A DNA stretch of 41,555 nt from a virus. Taxonomy: Duplodnaviria; Caudoviricetes. The stretch is from the IMG/VR virus record IMGVR_UViG_3300020382_000151, positions 1 to 41,555 of that record. One strand, given 5' to 3'. A program made the position numbers and the translations under genes. The notes under the pieces were generated by a model. The model was not told the origin of the DNA and made no database searches. It saw only the letters and a program-made list of their open reading frames with translations. Below are positions 24,084 to 30,856 of the stretch, piece by piece. Every line of letters starts with the position of its first letter. Positions within the stretch are counted from its first letter, which is position 1.

Positions 24084-24922
24084 TATACAAATCCCTCATC
24101 GCCGCCAGTATGGTTACCGCTGGCGAATTTATTTAAACTAAAGCCTGCTTGCGAACGTCTTGCATATTGCGGCTGTAATGTTACTGTAATCGAACTTTGT
24201 GTAGGAACATAGTTAGTGTGTCCATCTATTGCACACTCAATATAATCAACATCAACTGGCAAGTCAGTTGTAAAGTTTGTTATTACTACAGGTATATCAT
24301 TTAATACATGTTTACCATAGCCATTTAATCTGCATACAACTGGTGGAGCACCTAATGGCTTGCTATTACCGTAAAACATCTTTGTTGCACTTCTTAAAAA
24401 GTGCAAACATCCAATCCAATATCTTGCATCGTTTTCATTTTCTTGAAAAAACTCGCCTGTAAGTGTAATTGCATCTACTTGACTACTTTCATATGCATTA
24501 TACACATAGTTTGTATGCGTTGGCTGCACAGCAGCATAGTTTGCACTGTGACTTAATAATACTGTAGGGTTAAACGGAAATATCATTCTATTTCCTGTTG
24601 CGTTTGGATTTGATCCGTTATCTAGCAAAGGCTTAATAACATTTCCAACGTGAAACAGGGAAGGAACACTTATACTAACTCTCCAGTCGCCGGTTTCTGT
24701 ATTTGTAATGTTAGAAGAAATAAGTGCTCGCGAGACTGTTCTGCCGTCATTGCCAAAGCCAGCAGTTTCGTTAATAAAATTAGCTGCTAATTTTCCTAGC
24801 GGGCCAAGGCTTCCGAGTTTTTGTGTTACTGCATCCAATGCAGCACCTTGAACTTTGCTTTTTACATCGCTTACAATGCTGCTCATAAAATTCGAAGCTG
24901 AAGATTTTATTGAAAAGGCCAT
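24083..24922 (-). CDS. Probable baseplate-tail tube initiator/cap protein (gp48/gp54-like, tube fold)
   Basis: FPFNPTV...PTHTNY...ITLTGEF...APPVVCRLNGYG...IPVVITNFTTDLP...VPTQSSITVTLQP resembles contractile-tail tube-initiator proteins; first gene of the operon, with AGGAG RBS. Confidence 0.65.
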   Translation of the reverse strand: MAFSIKSSASNFMSSIVSDVKSKVQGAALDAVTQKLGSLGPLGKLAANFINETAGFGNDGRTVSRALISSNITNTETGDWRVSISVPSLFHVGNVIKPLLDNGSNPNATGNRMIFPFNPTVLLSHSANYAAVQPTHTNYVYNAYESSQVDAITLTGEFFQENENDARYWIGCLHFLRSATKMFYGNSKPLGAPPVVCRLNGYGKHVLNDIPVVITNFTTDLPVDVDYIECAIDGHTNYVPTQSSITVTLQPQYARRSQAGFSLNKFASGNHTGGDEGFV

Positions 24923-24946
24923 AATTTATTTTGTCTCCTATACTAC

Positions 24947-24952
24947 TATTTA
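24947..24952 (-). promoter_or_regulatory. Putative late promoter TAAATA for the baseplate operon
   Basis: CTAAATAG on the minus strand, upstream of the AGGAG RBS and ATG at 24922. Confidence 0.65.
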
Positions 24953-24953
24953 G

Positions 24954-24982
24954 TTGACAAAATTAAGTAAGTAGTTTATAAT
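24954..24982 (+). promoter_or_regulatory. Consensus sigma70 promoter for the late sigma factor gene
   Basis: TTGACA (24954-24959), 17-bp spacer, TATAAT (24977-24982). Confidence 0.88.
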
Positions 24983-25005
24983 AAGTATAACAAATGGAGA
25001 ATAAT

Positions 25006-25857
25006 ATGCGCCCTAAGAATTATTTAAATAACAAAGACATACTTAAAGAAATACATAAATCAAAAAACCAATTTAATAGCTTCCTTGCGCCTGAATACGG
25101 GCAGTATGACATTATTTTGGCAAGTGTAGACAAAATAAACCGTCTAACTGTTACAGAAGCAAAACGCAATAAGGCAAAAAAAATGTCTTCTGCCGAATAT
25201 GACCGACGAAAGAAGCTTGGTGAAAAGGTTAAGCAAGCAGAGTGCGAAACACTATATACCGAAATTACAAAAGAAGAATTAATCTTCCGAGTAATGACGT
25301 TTGAACATATTCCTGAAGAGCCAGGTCGTAAAAAGAACCCAAAGACTGTTGCTGATACTAGAGTTAAGCTTCCTTTTCCACCGTTCCATCATTACAAATA
25401 CAATGAAGAAGGCGAAATTATCCTAGTTGGCAAAAGTCATTGGGTAGGTGGCATGGATAACGGACATTTTAGTCATCAACATGGTAAAGCAACTAATACA
25501 CTTGCACTAATGTGGTTAAAGCTTGTTGATCGGTATGCAACTCGTGGCAATGTTCGCGGTTATACGTATAATGACGAAATGAAAGGACAAGCAATACTAC
25601 AATTAGCACAAATTGGTTTGCAATTTGACGAATCCAAGTCAGACAATCCTTTTGCATACTATACTGCGGCTGTTACTAATAGTTTTGTTCGTGTTATTAA
25701 TATCGAAAAGCGTAATCAAAACATTCGAGATGATATTTTGGAAATGAATGACTTGTCGCCAAGTTATACTAGACAGAATCAAGGAGAATGGGAAGCAAGT
25801 GTTAAGAGAAACGAAGATGCTTCACCTACACAGTTTACAGAATACAAACCTAAATAA
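25006..25857 (+). CDS. gp55: Sigma factor for late transcription, T4 gp55-like (alternative start 24994)
   Basis: NYLNNKDILKEIHKSK and RGYTYNDEMKGQAILQL...FDESKSDNPFAYYTAAVTNSFVRVINIEKRNQ are gp55 signatures. GGAG at 24996-24999 favours the ATG at 25006. Confidence 0.88.
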   Translation: MRPKNYLNNKDILKEIHKSKNQFNSFLAPEYGQYDIILASVDKINRLTVTEAKRNKAKKMSSAEYDRRKKLGEKVKQAECETLYTEITKEELIFRVMTFEHIPEEPGRKKNPKTVADTRVKLPFPPFHHYKYNEEGEIILVGKSHWVGGMDNGHFSHQHGKATNTLALMWLKLVDRYATRGNVRGYTYNDEMKGQAILQLAQIGLQFDESKSDNPFAYYTAAVTNSFVRVINIEKRNQNIRDDILEMNDLSPSYTRQNQGEWEASVKRNEDASPTQFTEYKPK

Positions 25858-25861
25858 ACGG

Positions 25862-25890
25862 TTGACAGGTGTTGCGTTTTACTATATACT
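25862..25890 (+). promoter_or_regulatory. sigma70 promoter for the gp47-gp46 operon
   Basis: TTGACA (25862-25867), 17-bp spacer, TATACT (25885-25890). Confidence 0.82.
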
Positions 25891-25917
25891 AGTACATGTA
25901 CATATGGAGAACTAAAT

Positions 25918-26934
25918 TTGTTTAAAAAAGCTGCGGTATTTACAGACATTCATTTTGGTCTGAAAGGTAACAGTCGTATACATAACGAAGATTGCGAAGA
26001 ATTTATTGATTGGTATATAGAACAAGCACAAGCTGCTGGTTGCGAAACTGGTATCTTCTGCGGTGACTGGCATCATAATCGTAATTCGCTTAATCTTACT
26101 ACTATGGATGCAACAATTAGAAGTATGGAAAAGCTTGGTGCTGCGTTTGAGAAGTTTTACTTCTTCGATGGTAACCATGACTTGTATTATAAAGACAAGC
26201 GTGACGTTAACTCCACTGCATTTGCAAAACATATTCCAGGTATTACCTTTGTAGACGAAATTTTCATTGAAGATGATGTTGCACTTGTACCGTGGCTTGT
26301 TGGAGACGAGTGGAAGAAGATGAGTAGTATCAAAACAAAGTACTTGTTTGGTCACTTTGAACTTCCTAGTTTCTATATGAACGCATTAGTTAGAATGCCC
26401 GACCACGGCGACTTAAAGCCTGAACACTTTAAACACCAAGACTATGTATTCAGCGGTCACTTCCATAAACGACAGAAGCAAGGTGCTATTCATTACATCG
26501 GTAATGCGTTTCCACACAACTATGCTGATGTTGGTGACGATGATCGTGGCATGATGATACTTGATAAAGAAAATAACAAGGAACCAGAGTACATTAACTG
26601 GCCCAACTGTCCTAAGTATCGTACTGTAACACTTAGTAACTTAATTGATAACGCAGATACATTTATTAAACCTAAAATGTACTTGCGAGTAACGCTTGAT
26701 CTACCTATTAGTTACGAAGAAGCAAGTTTTATTAAAGAAACATTCATCACTCAGTACAACTGTCGTGAGATCACACTGATTGCACAGAAACACTTAGAAG
26801 AGATTACTACAAACCTTGATATAAGTGTGTTTGAAAGTGTGGATCAGATAGTTAGCAACGAAATAGCAGAACTAGACACTACTAACTTTGATAAAAGTTT
26901 GTTGTTGCAAATATATAATGGACTAGAATCATAA
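25918..26934 (+). CDS. gp47: Recombination nuclease, Mre11/SbcD-like (T4 gp47); TTG start
   Basis: Metallophosphoesterase motifs DIHFG, GDWHH, GNHD, GHFE and SGHFH; GGAG RBS upstream. Confidence 0.93.
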   Translation: MFKKAAVFTDIHFGLKGNSRIHNEDCEEFIDWYIEQAQAAGCETGIFCGDWHHNRNSLNLTTMDATIRSMEKLGAAFEKFYFFDGNHDLYYKDKRDVNSTAFAKHIPGITFVDEIFIEDDVALVPWLVGDEWKKMSSIKTKYLFGHFELPSFYMNALVRMPDHGDLKPEHFKHQDYVFSGHFHKRQKQGAIHYIGNAFPHNYADVGDDDRGMMILDKENNKEPEYINWPNCPKYRTVTLSNLIDNADTFIKPKMYLRVTLDLPISYEEASFIKETFITQYNCREITLIAQKHLEEITTNLDISVFESVDQIVSNEIAELDTTNFDKSLLLQIYNGLES

Positions 26935-26935
26935 T

Positions 26936-28705
26936 ATGATAAAGATTAAAGACCTAACTGTAAAAAACTTTATGAGTGTGGGTAATCAGACTCAAGCAGT
27001 AGACTTCGACCATGAACAACTAACATTAGTACTAGGTGAGAACCTAGATCAAGGTGGCGATGACAGTGGATCACGTAATGGTACTGGTAAAACTACTATT
27101 ATTAATGCATTGTCATATGCATTGTACGGTACTGCACTTACAAACATCAAACGCAACAACTTAATTAACAAAACTAACAGCAAAGGCATGTTAGTAACGT
27201 TACAGTTTGAAAAAGATAACAATAGCTACCGTATCGAACGTGGGCGCTCACCTAATCTGTTTAAATTCTATATTAATAACCAAGAATCATTAGTAGACGA
27301 GTCACAAGGTGACAGTAGACAGACACAAGACGATGTTAACACACTGTTGGGTATGAGTCATGACATGTTTAAGCACATTGTTGCGCTAAACACTTATACC
27401 GAACCGTTTTTAAGTATGCGTGTTAATGATCAAAGACAGATTATCGAGCAGTTGTTAGGTATTACTATCTTATCCGAGAAGGCTGATTTACTTAAAGAGC
27501 AAACACGTAATACTAAAGACTCTATTACTGAAGAGACATTAAAAATTAATGCTATCCAAACTGCTAACGAAAAGATCGAAGCAAGTATTGGACAATTAGT
27601 TGGAAGACAACGTGCATGGGTGTCTAAACACAAAGCAGATCAAGATAGTTTGTCAAAAGGCATTGATCAATTAGAACATTTAGACATTGAATCAGAACTC
27701 GAGTCACACGAAAAGTTAGCTAACTGGACACAGCACAATAATGCTATTTTAGCTCTTAGAAAAGAATTAAGTACGTTAGAGCCAGCACTTCAACGTGCAG
27801 ATAAGAGTGTTGTAAAGGCTGAAAAAGACATTGCGGACCTAGAAGACGCTACTTGTTACACTTGTGGACAGGAACTACATGCAGACAAGAAAGCAGAGAT
27901 TGCAGAGCGTAAAAATAAAGAACTTGCTGACGCAATAAGTTATCAATCCGAAGTTAGTGTTAAATTGACAGATGTAATGTCGTCACTTGACGAAATTGGC
28001 GACATTAACGGTAAGCCTACTACGTTTTATGATAGTGCTAAGGAAGCATACGAGCATCGTAGTAACGTAGATAATCTAAAGCAGACACTAGCAGCCAAGC
28101 AGGTTGAAGAGGACCCGTATACGGCGCAAATTACCGATTTAAACGACACTGCTATTCAGAAAATTGACTGGTTAATCGTTAACGACCTTACTAGCTTCAA
28201 AGAACATCAAGAGTTTTTGTTAAAGTTACTAACAAACAAAGATAGTTTCATTCGTAAGAAGATTATTGATCAGAACTTAGCATACCTTAACAACAGACTG
28301 TCATACTATCTTGATAAGATTGGATTACCACACCAAGTAGTATTCTTAAATGACTTAACTGTTGAAATTACACAGCTAGGACAAGACCTAGACTTTGATA
28401 ACTTGTCAAGAGGCGAACGTAATAGACTTATCTTAGGATTAAGCTTTGCATTCCGTGATGTTTGGGAAAGTTTATATCAAAACATTAACTTATTGTTCAT
28501 TGACGAGCTTATTGATAGCGGCATGGACACTGCTGGTGTTGAAAACTCATTAAGTATTCTTAAAAAGATGGCACGTGAACGTGAAAAGAATATATATCTT
28601 ATCTCACACAAAGACGAACTTATTGGCAGAGTTAATCATGTGCTACGAGTTGTAAAAGAAAACGGCTTTACATCATATGCAAACGATTTAGAGGTATCCG
28701 ACTAA
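26936..28705 (+). CDS. gp46: Recombination ATPase, Rad50/SbcC-like (T4 gp46)
   Basis: KNFMSVG, Walker A GSRNGTGKTT, coiled coil with zinc hook CYTC, signature LSRGE, Walker B LLFIDE, H-loop LISH. Confidence 0.94.
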   Translation: MIKIKDLTVKNFMSVGNQTQAVDFDHEQLTLVLGENLDQGGDDSGSRNGTGKTTIINALSYALYGTALTNIKRNNLINKTNSKGMLVTLQFEKDNNSYRIERGRSPNLFKFYINNQESLVDESQGDSRQTQDDVNTLLGMSHDMFKHIVALNTYTEPFLSMRVNDQRQIIEQLLGITILSEKADLLKEQTRNTKDSITEETLKINAIQTANEKIEASIGQLVGRQRAWVSKHKADQDSLSKGIDQLEHLDIESELESHEKLANWTQHNNAILALRKELSTLEPALQRADKSVVKAEKDIADLEDATCYTCGQELHADKKAEIAERKNKELADAISYQSEVSVKLTDVMSSLDEIGDINGKPTTFYDSAKEAYEHRSNVDNLKQTLAAKQVEEDPYTAQITDLNDTAIQKIDWLIVNDLTSFKEHQEFLLKLLTNKDSFIRKKIIDQNLAYLNNRLSYYLDKIGLPHQVVFLNDLTVEITQLGQDLDFDNLSRGERNRLILGLSFAFRDVWESLYQNINLLFIDELIDSGMDTAGVENSLSILKKMAREREKNIYLISHKDELIGRVNHVLRVVKENGFTSYANDLEVSD

Positions 28706-28899
28706 TGGACGATCCACATGATTCACTTGTTCAAGCTTACCTTGCTTACTTTAAAGCAAATGAAATATTTGAAAGGCAAAATAGTGTACGAACGCATCGT
28801 GCAGTACGAAAGTGCTTGCGAGATATTCGTGCGTTAGCAAAAGAAAGATCCGATGAAATACATGTTCATCATAATACGACAAGATCAACCAGAACATAG
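28705..28899 (+). CDS. Small hypothetical protein (64 aa), translationally coupled to gp46
   Basis: TAATG overlap with the gp46 stop; GAGGT RBS upstream; helical, basic sequence. Confidence 0.7.
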   Translation: MDDPHDSLVQAYLAYFKANEIFERQNSVRTHRAVRKCLRDIRALAKERSDEIHVHHNTTRSTRT

Positions 28900-28921
28900 G
28901 CATAAATCCAATTGTTCTGGT
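28888..28921 (+). promoter_or_regulatory. 9-bp inverted repeat with TAGGCA in the loop, abutting a TAAGTA late-promoter-like element
   Basis: ACCAGAACA (28888-28896) pairs with TGTTCTGGT (28913-28921). TAAGTA at 28921-28926 lies 5 nt before the ATG at 28932. Confidence 0.5.
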
Positions 28922-28931
28922 AAGTACTTGG

Positions 28932-29360
28932 ATGCAATGGACTTACGAAGGATTAACAGTAGACGAATTACCAGTAGACTGTGAAGGCTTTGTATATCTA
29001 ATTACAAATCTTACAAACAATCGTAAGTACATAGGCAAGAAGTTAGCTAGATTTAAAACTACTAAGCCACCACTCAAAGGCAGAAAAAATAAAAGGCGCG
29101 GCACTAAAGAAAGTGATTGGAGAACCTATTGGGGTTCATCAGATAACTTAAATGCAGATGTCGCTACACTAGGCACAGACAAATTTACTAGAGAAATATT
29201 ACATTATTGTCCTAGTAGAGGCGTACTAAGTTACATAGAAGCGAAAGAACAATTTGATCGCAGAGTACTTGAAACAGAAGAATACTATAATGGTATTATT
29301 AATGTTAGAGTAGGCGGTTCAAAAATTCTTACAGAGCACTTCAAAAATACTCCACTTTAG
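28932..29360 (+). CDS. Single-domain GIY-YIG family endonuclease (142 aa)
   Basis: GFVYLITNLTNNRKYIGKK (GIY-YIG), YWGSS, catalytic-type Glu in LSYIEAKEQF, C-terminal YYNG. Confidence 0.88.
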   Translation: MQWTYEGLTVDELPVDCEGFVYLITNLTNNRKYIGKKLARFKTTKPPLKGRKNKRRGTKESDWRTYWGSSDNLNADVATLGTDKFTREILHYCPSRGVLSYIEAKEQFDRRVLETEEYYNGIINVRVGGSKILTEHFKNTPL

Positions 29361-29371
29361 GCAACTATCGA

Positions 29372-29400
29372 TTGACAGCTACACTAGAACATACTATAAT
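29372..29400 (+). promoter_or_regulatory. Perfect consensus sigma70 promoter firing into the non-coding region
   Basis: TTGACA (29372-29377), 17-bp spacer, TATAAT (29395-29400); no credible plus-strand ORF until 30048. Confidence 0.9.
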
Positions 29401-29406
29401 AATAAC

Positions 29407-29870
29407 ATAGGCAAAGTTAGCGTAGGCGCTCCTCGAGCAACAGGCATCCACAGGCAAATCATTCCAACACATAAGGTTAGCGGGCCAGACTATTTAATGC
29501 CGCTGTGGAAAAAGCTACCGTATAGGAGCACACGTACATATTGATCGACTACCCAGAGGTAGGAAGCCACCAAACAAATTGGGCTCACAGGTTGATATAG
29601 ATTGCATGTTGGCAGTCGGAAAACACAATATAGTTCATAAAAACCCTTTAGCACTAGGAACGAAGCGAGGGAATATTGTTACATATAATGTACATTGTAT
29701 ATTATAAGCAACATAATGTCGACGGAGGATGGGAAAGGTCAGAGCCCATTGAACTTGTGTATAAAAAATTACCTCTTTCCAAGTCTTGGCTGTGGCGGAC
29801 TCACATGAAGTTATCCAGAAAGACGACGGGACTAGAAATAGTTCCGTCTGACTAAACAATCTACATGAAA
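29407..29870 (+). ncRNA. Putative large structured non-coding RNA (family not recognised; 3' end uncertain)
   Basis: Has its own promoter, local GC enrichment and many helices. These include GACGGGACTA-GAAA-TAGTTCCGTC (29825-29848, G-U pair plus GNRA loop), CTACC-CAGA-GGTAG (29549-29562) and long-range TGGGCTC/GAGCCCA (29580-86/29742-48). Confidence 0.65.
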
Positions 29871-29876
29871 TTAAAA

Positions 29877-29999
29877 CATTAATACATTCGTATTAATGCA
29901 ATATAATAATATTATCACACTTAATTGCTTATACAAAACGAAGTATAGTTAGTTAGAGCGTTAGCGATAACTTGTATTAACGAAGTTAATACACTAACT
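29877..29999. repeat. AT-rich cluster of inverted repeats/hairpins
   Basis: CATTAATAC-attc-GTATTAATG (29877-29898); TATAC/GTATA (29930-29947); TGTATTAAC-GAA-GTTAATACA (29973-29993); AGTTAG/CTAACT (29947-52/29994-99). Confidence 0.8.
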
Positions 30000-30010
30000 G
30001 ATATAAAAGT

Positions 30011-30018
30011 AATAAATA
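30011..30018 (+). promoter_or_regulatory. Putative late promoter AATAAATA
   Basis: One mismatch to TATAAATA; ~30 nt upstream of the ATG at 30048. Confidence 0.6.
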
Positions 30019-30047
30019 CTTTCATATAACATTAATGGATACATCAG

Positions 30048-30620
30048 ATGAAAATAAATGACTTACTTACTGAATCGCAAAAGCTTGATGAGTTAGAAAT
30101 GCCTAATTTTGCCACTAAACAAGGTAGAGCTATTAATCGTGCTGAGAAAGCAGGAGCTGCTGATGTAAAACAATCTGTTAAGGATTTGTCTGTTGAATTT
30201 GCTTCACGTCTTGGTACGCAAGGTAAAAAGTTTAATACTGCTACTACTGATGATGTTATTTCATTTTTGAAGTCTAAGAAGGTTGATACTTCTAAGATTG
30301 ACACTACAGCTCCAATGGATAAGAACAGAATTGGATTAGTGTTTAATACTTTAGTTAAAGATAAGATTATGGGTAAAAGTATAGCTGCTCAAGATCCAAG
30401 TAACGCACCAGTGTCTGATCCCAAAGTAGTTAAGTCTGTGTATGCTACAACTAAGGCTGCATTTTCGAAACTTAATATGAAAGAAAAGAAACGATTGCTA
30501 ACTGCTTTACAAAAAGATATTACTTCTAAAACTAAAGTTAAAAAGCCGGCTAGTACTACTGTTGATAAAAACTTTGATAAGAACCAAAGACTAAGTAGCT
30601 TTGGAAAAACTGGCGCTTAA
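30048..30620 (+). CDS. Basic hypothetical protein (190 aa), candidate internal head protein
   Basis: Late promoter upstream. The N-terminus MKINDLLTESQKLDE has gp21-type L-x-E sites and the body is Lys-rich. The stop overlaps the convergent gene's stop (TTAA 30617-30620). Confidence 0.75.
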   Translation: MKINDLLTESQKLDELEMPNFATKQGRAINRAEKAGAADVKQSVKDLSVEFASRLGTQGKKFNTATTDDVISFLKSKKVDTSKIDTTAPMDKNRIGLVFNTLVKDKIMGKSIAAQDPSNAPVSDPKVVKSVYATTKAAFSKLNMKEKKRLLTALQKDITSKTKVKKPASTTVDKNFDKNQRLSSFGKTGA

Positions 30621-30823
30621 AAGAATGGAAGTTGAGTTTTCTTAGTTGTTTCTAAGTTTTCTTTAATAATATCATTAATCAACATTCTGTCTTCATAAGA
30701 TAAACTAAAGCCTTCTTCAAGAGTTAACCCTCCGCGCATATACCAACACATCTTCATTATTTCGGACTTGAGTTGTTTCTGCTCGCCCTCCATATTCTTA
30801 ACTTCTTCTAGGATCTCAGCCAC
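30617..30823 (-). CDS. Small tail/baseplate hub assembly chaperone ORF (gp51- or lambda T-like position); likely also or only the -1 frameshift extension of 30841-31722
   Basis: MCWYMRGGLTLEEGFSLSYEDR pattern; lies in the -1 frame of the upstream gene and is open back through the slippery site. Confidence 0.75.
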   Translation of the reverse strand: MAEILEEVKNMEGEQKQLKSEIMKMCWYMRGGLTLEEGFSLSYEDRMLINDIIKENLETTKKTQLPFF

Positions 30824-30856
30824 GGACCAGGCTAGGATCCTTACACGAAAAAATTT
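30811..30856 (-). other. Putative -1 programmed ribosomal frameshift signal (slippery site plus downstream hairpin)
   Basis: The minus strand reads A AAT TTT TTC GTG TAA followed by GGATCCTAGCC-loop-GGCTGAGATCC. Confidence 0.75.

Noticed and set aside
28400-28420. Non-canonical ABC signature LSRGE in gp46
   Set aside because: All other ATPase motifs and the zinc hook are intact; signature variation alone is not evidence of inactivation or novelty.
28932-29360. GIY-YIG gene as a mobile homing endonuclease
   Set aside because: Only the catalytic domain is present, with no NUMOD/HTH DNA-binding extension and no intron or insertion scars visible; more like a resident nuclease.
29490-29640. Group I intron resemblance (TCGACTA at 29545 and ATATAGTTC at 29628 recall P7 R/S elements) next to a GIY-YIG gene
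   Set aside because: No interrupted host gene or exon boundaries, no convincing P3/P4/P6, and the RNA has its own promoter. Not called an intron, though a derived ribozyme is not excluded.
29725-29750. GGAAAGGTCAGAGCCCA loosely resembles the RNase P 5' conserved region
   Set aside because: Wrong position in the RNA and no matching 3' P4 consensus seen.
29635-29859. 74-aa minus-strand ORF inside the non-coding region
   Set aside because: TTG start, no evident RBS or promoter, unremarkable composition, and antisense to a perfect sigma70 promoter and + strand RNA-type helices.
29877-29898. Hairpin as intrinsic terminator of the ncRNA
   Set aside because: AT-rich stem with no following U-tract; the RNA 3' end remains undefined.
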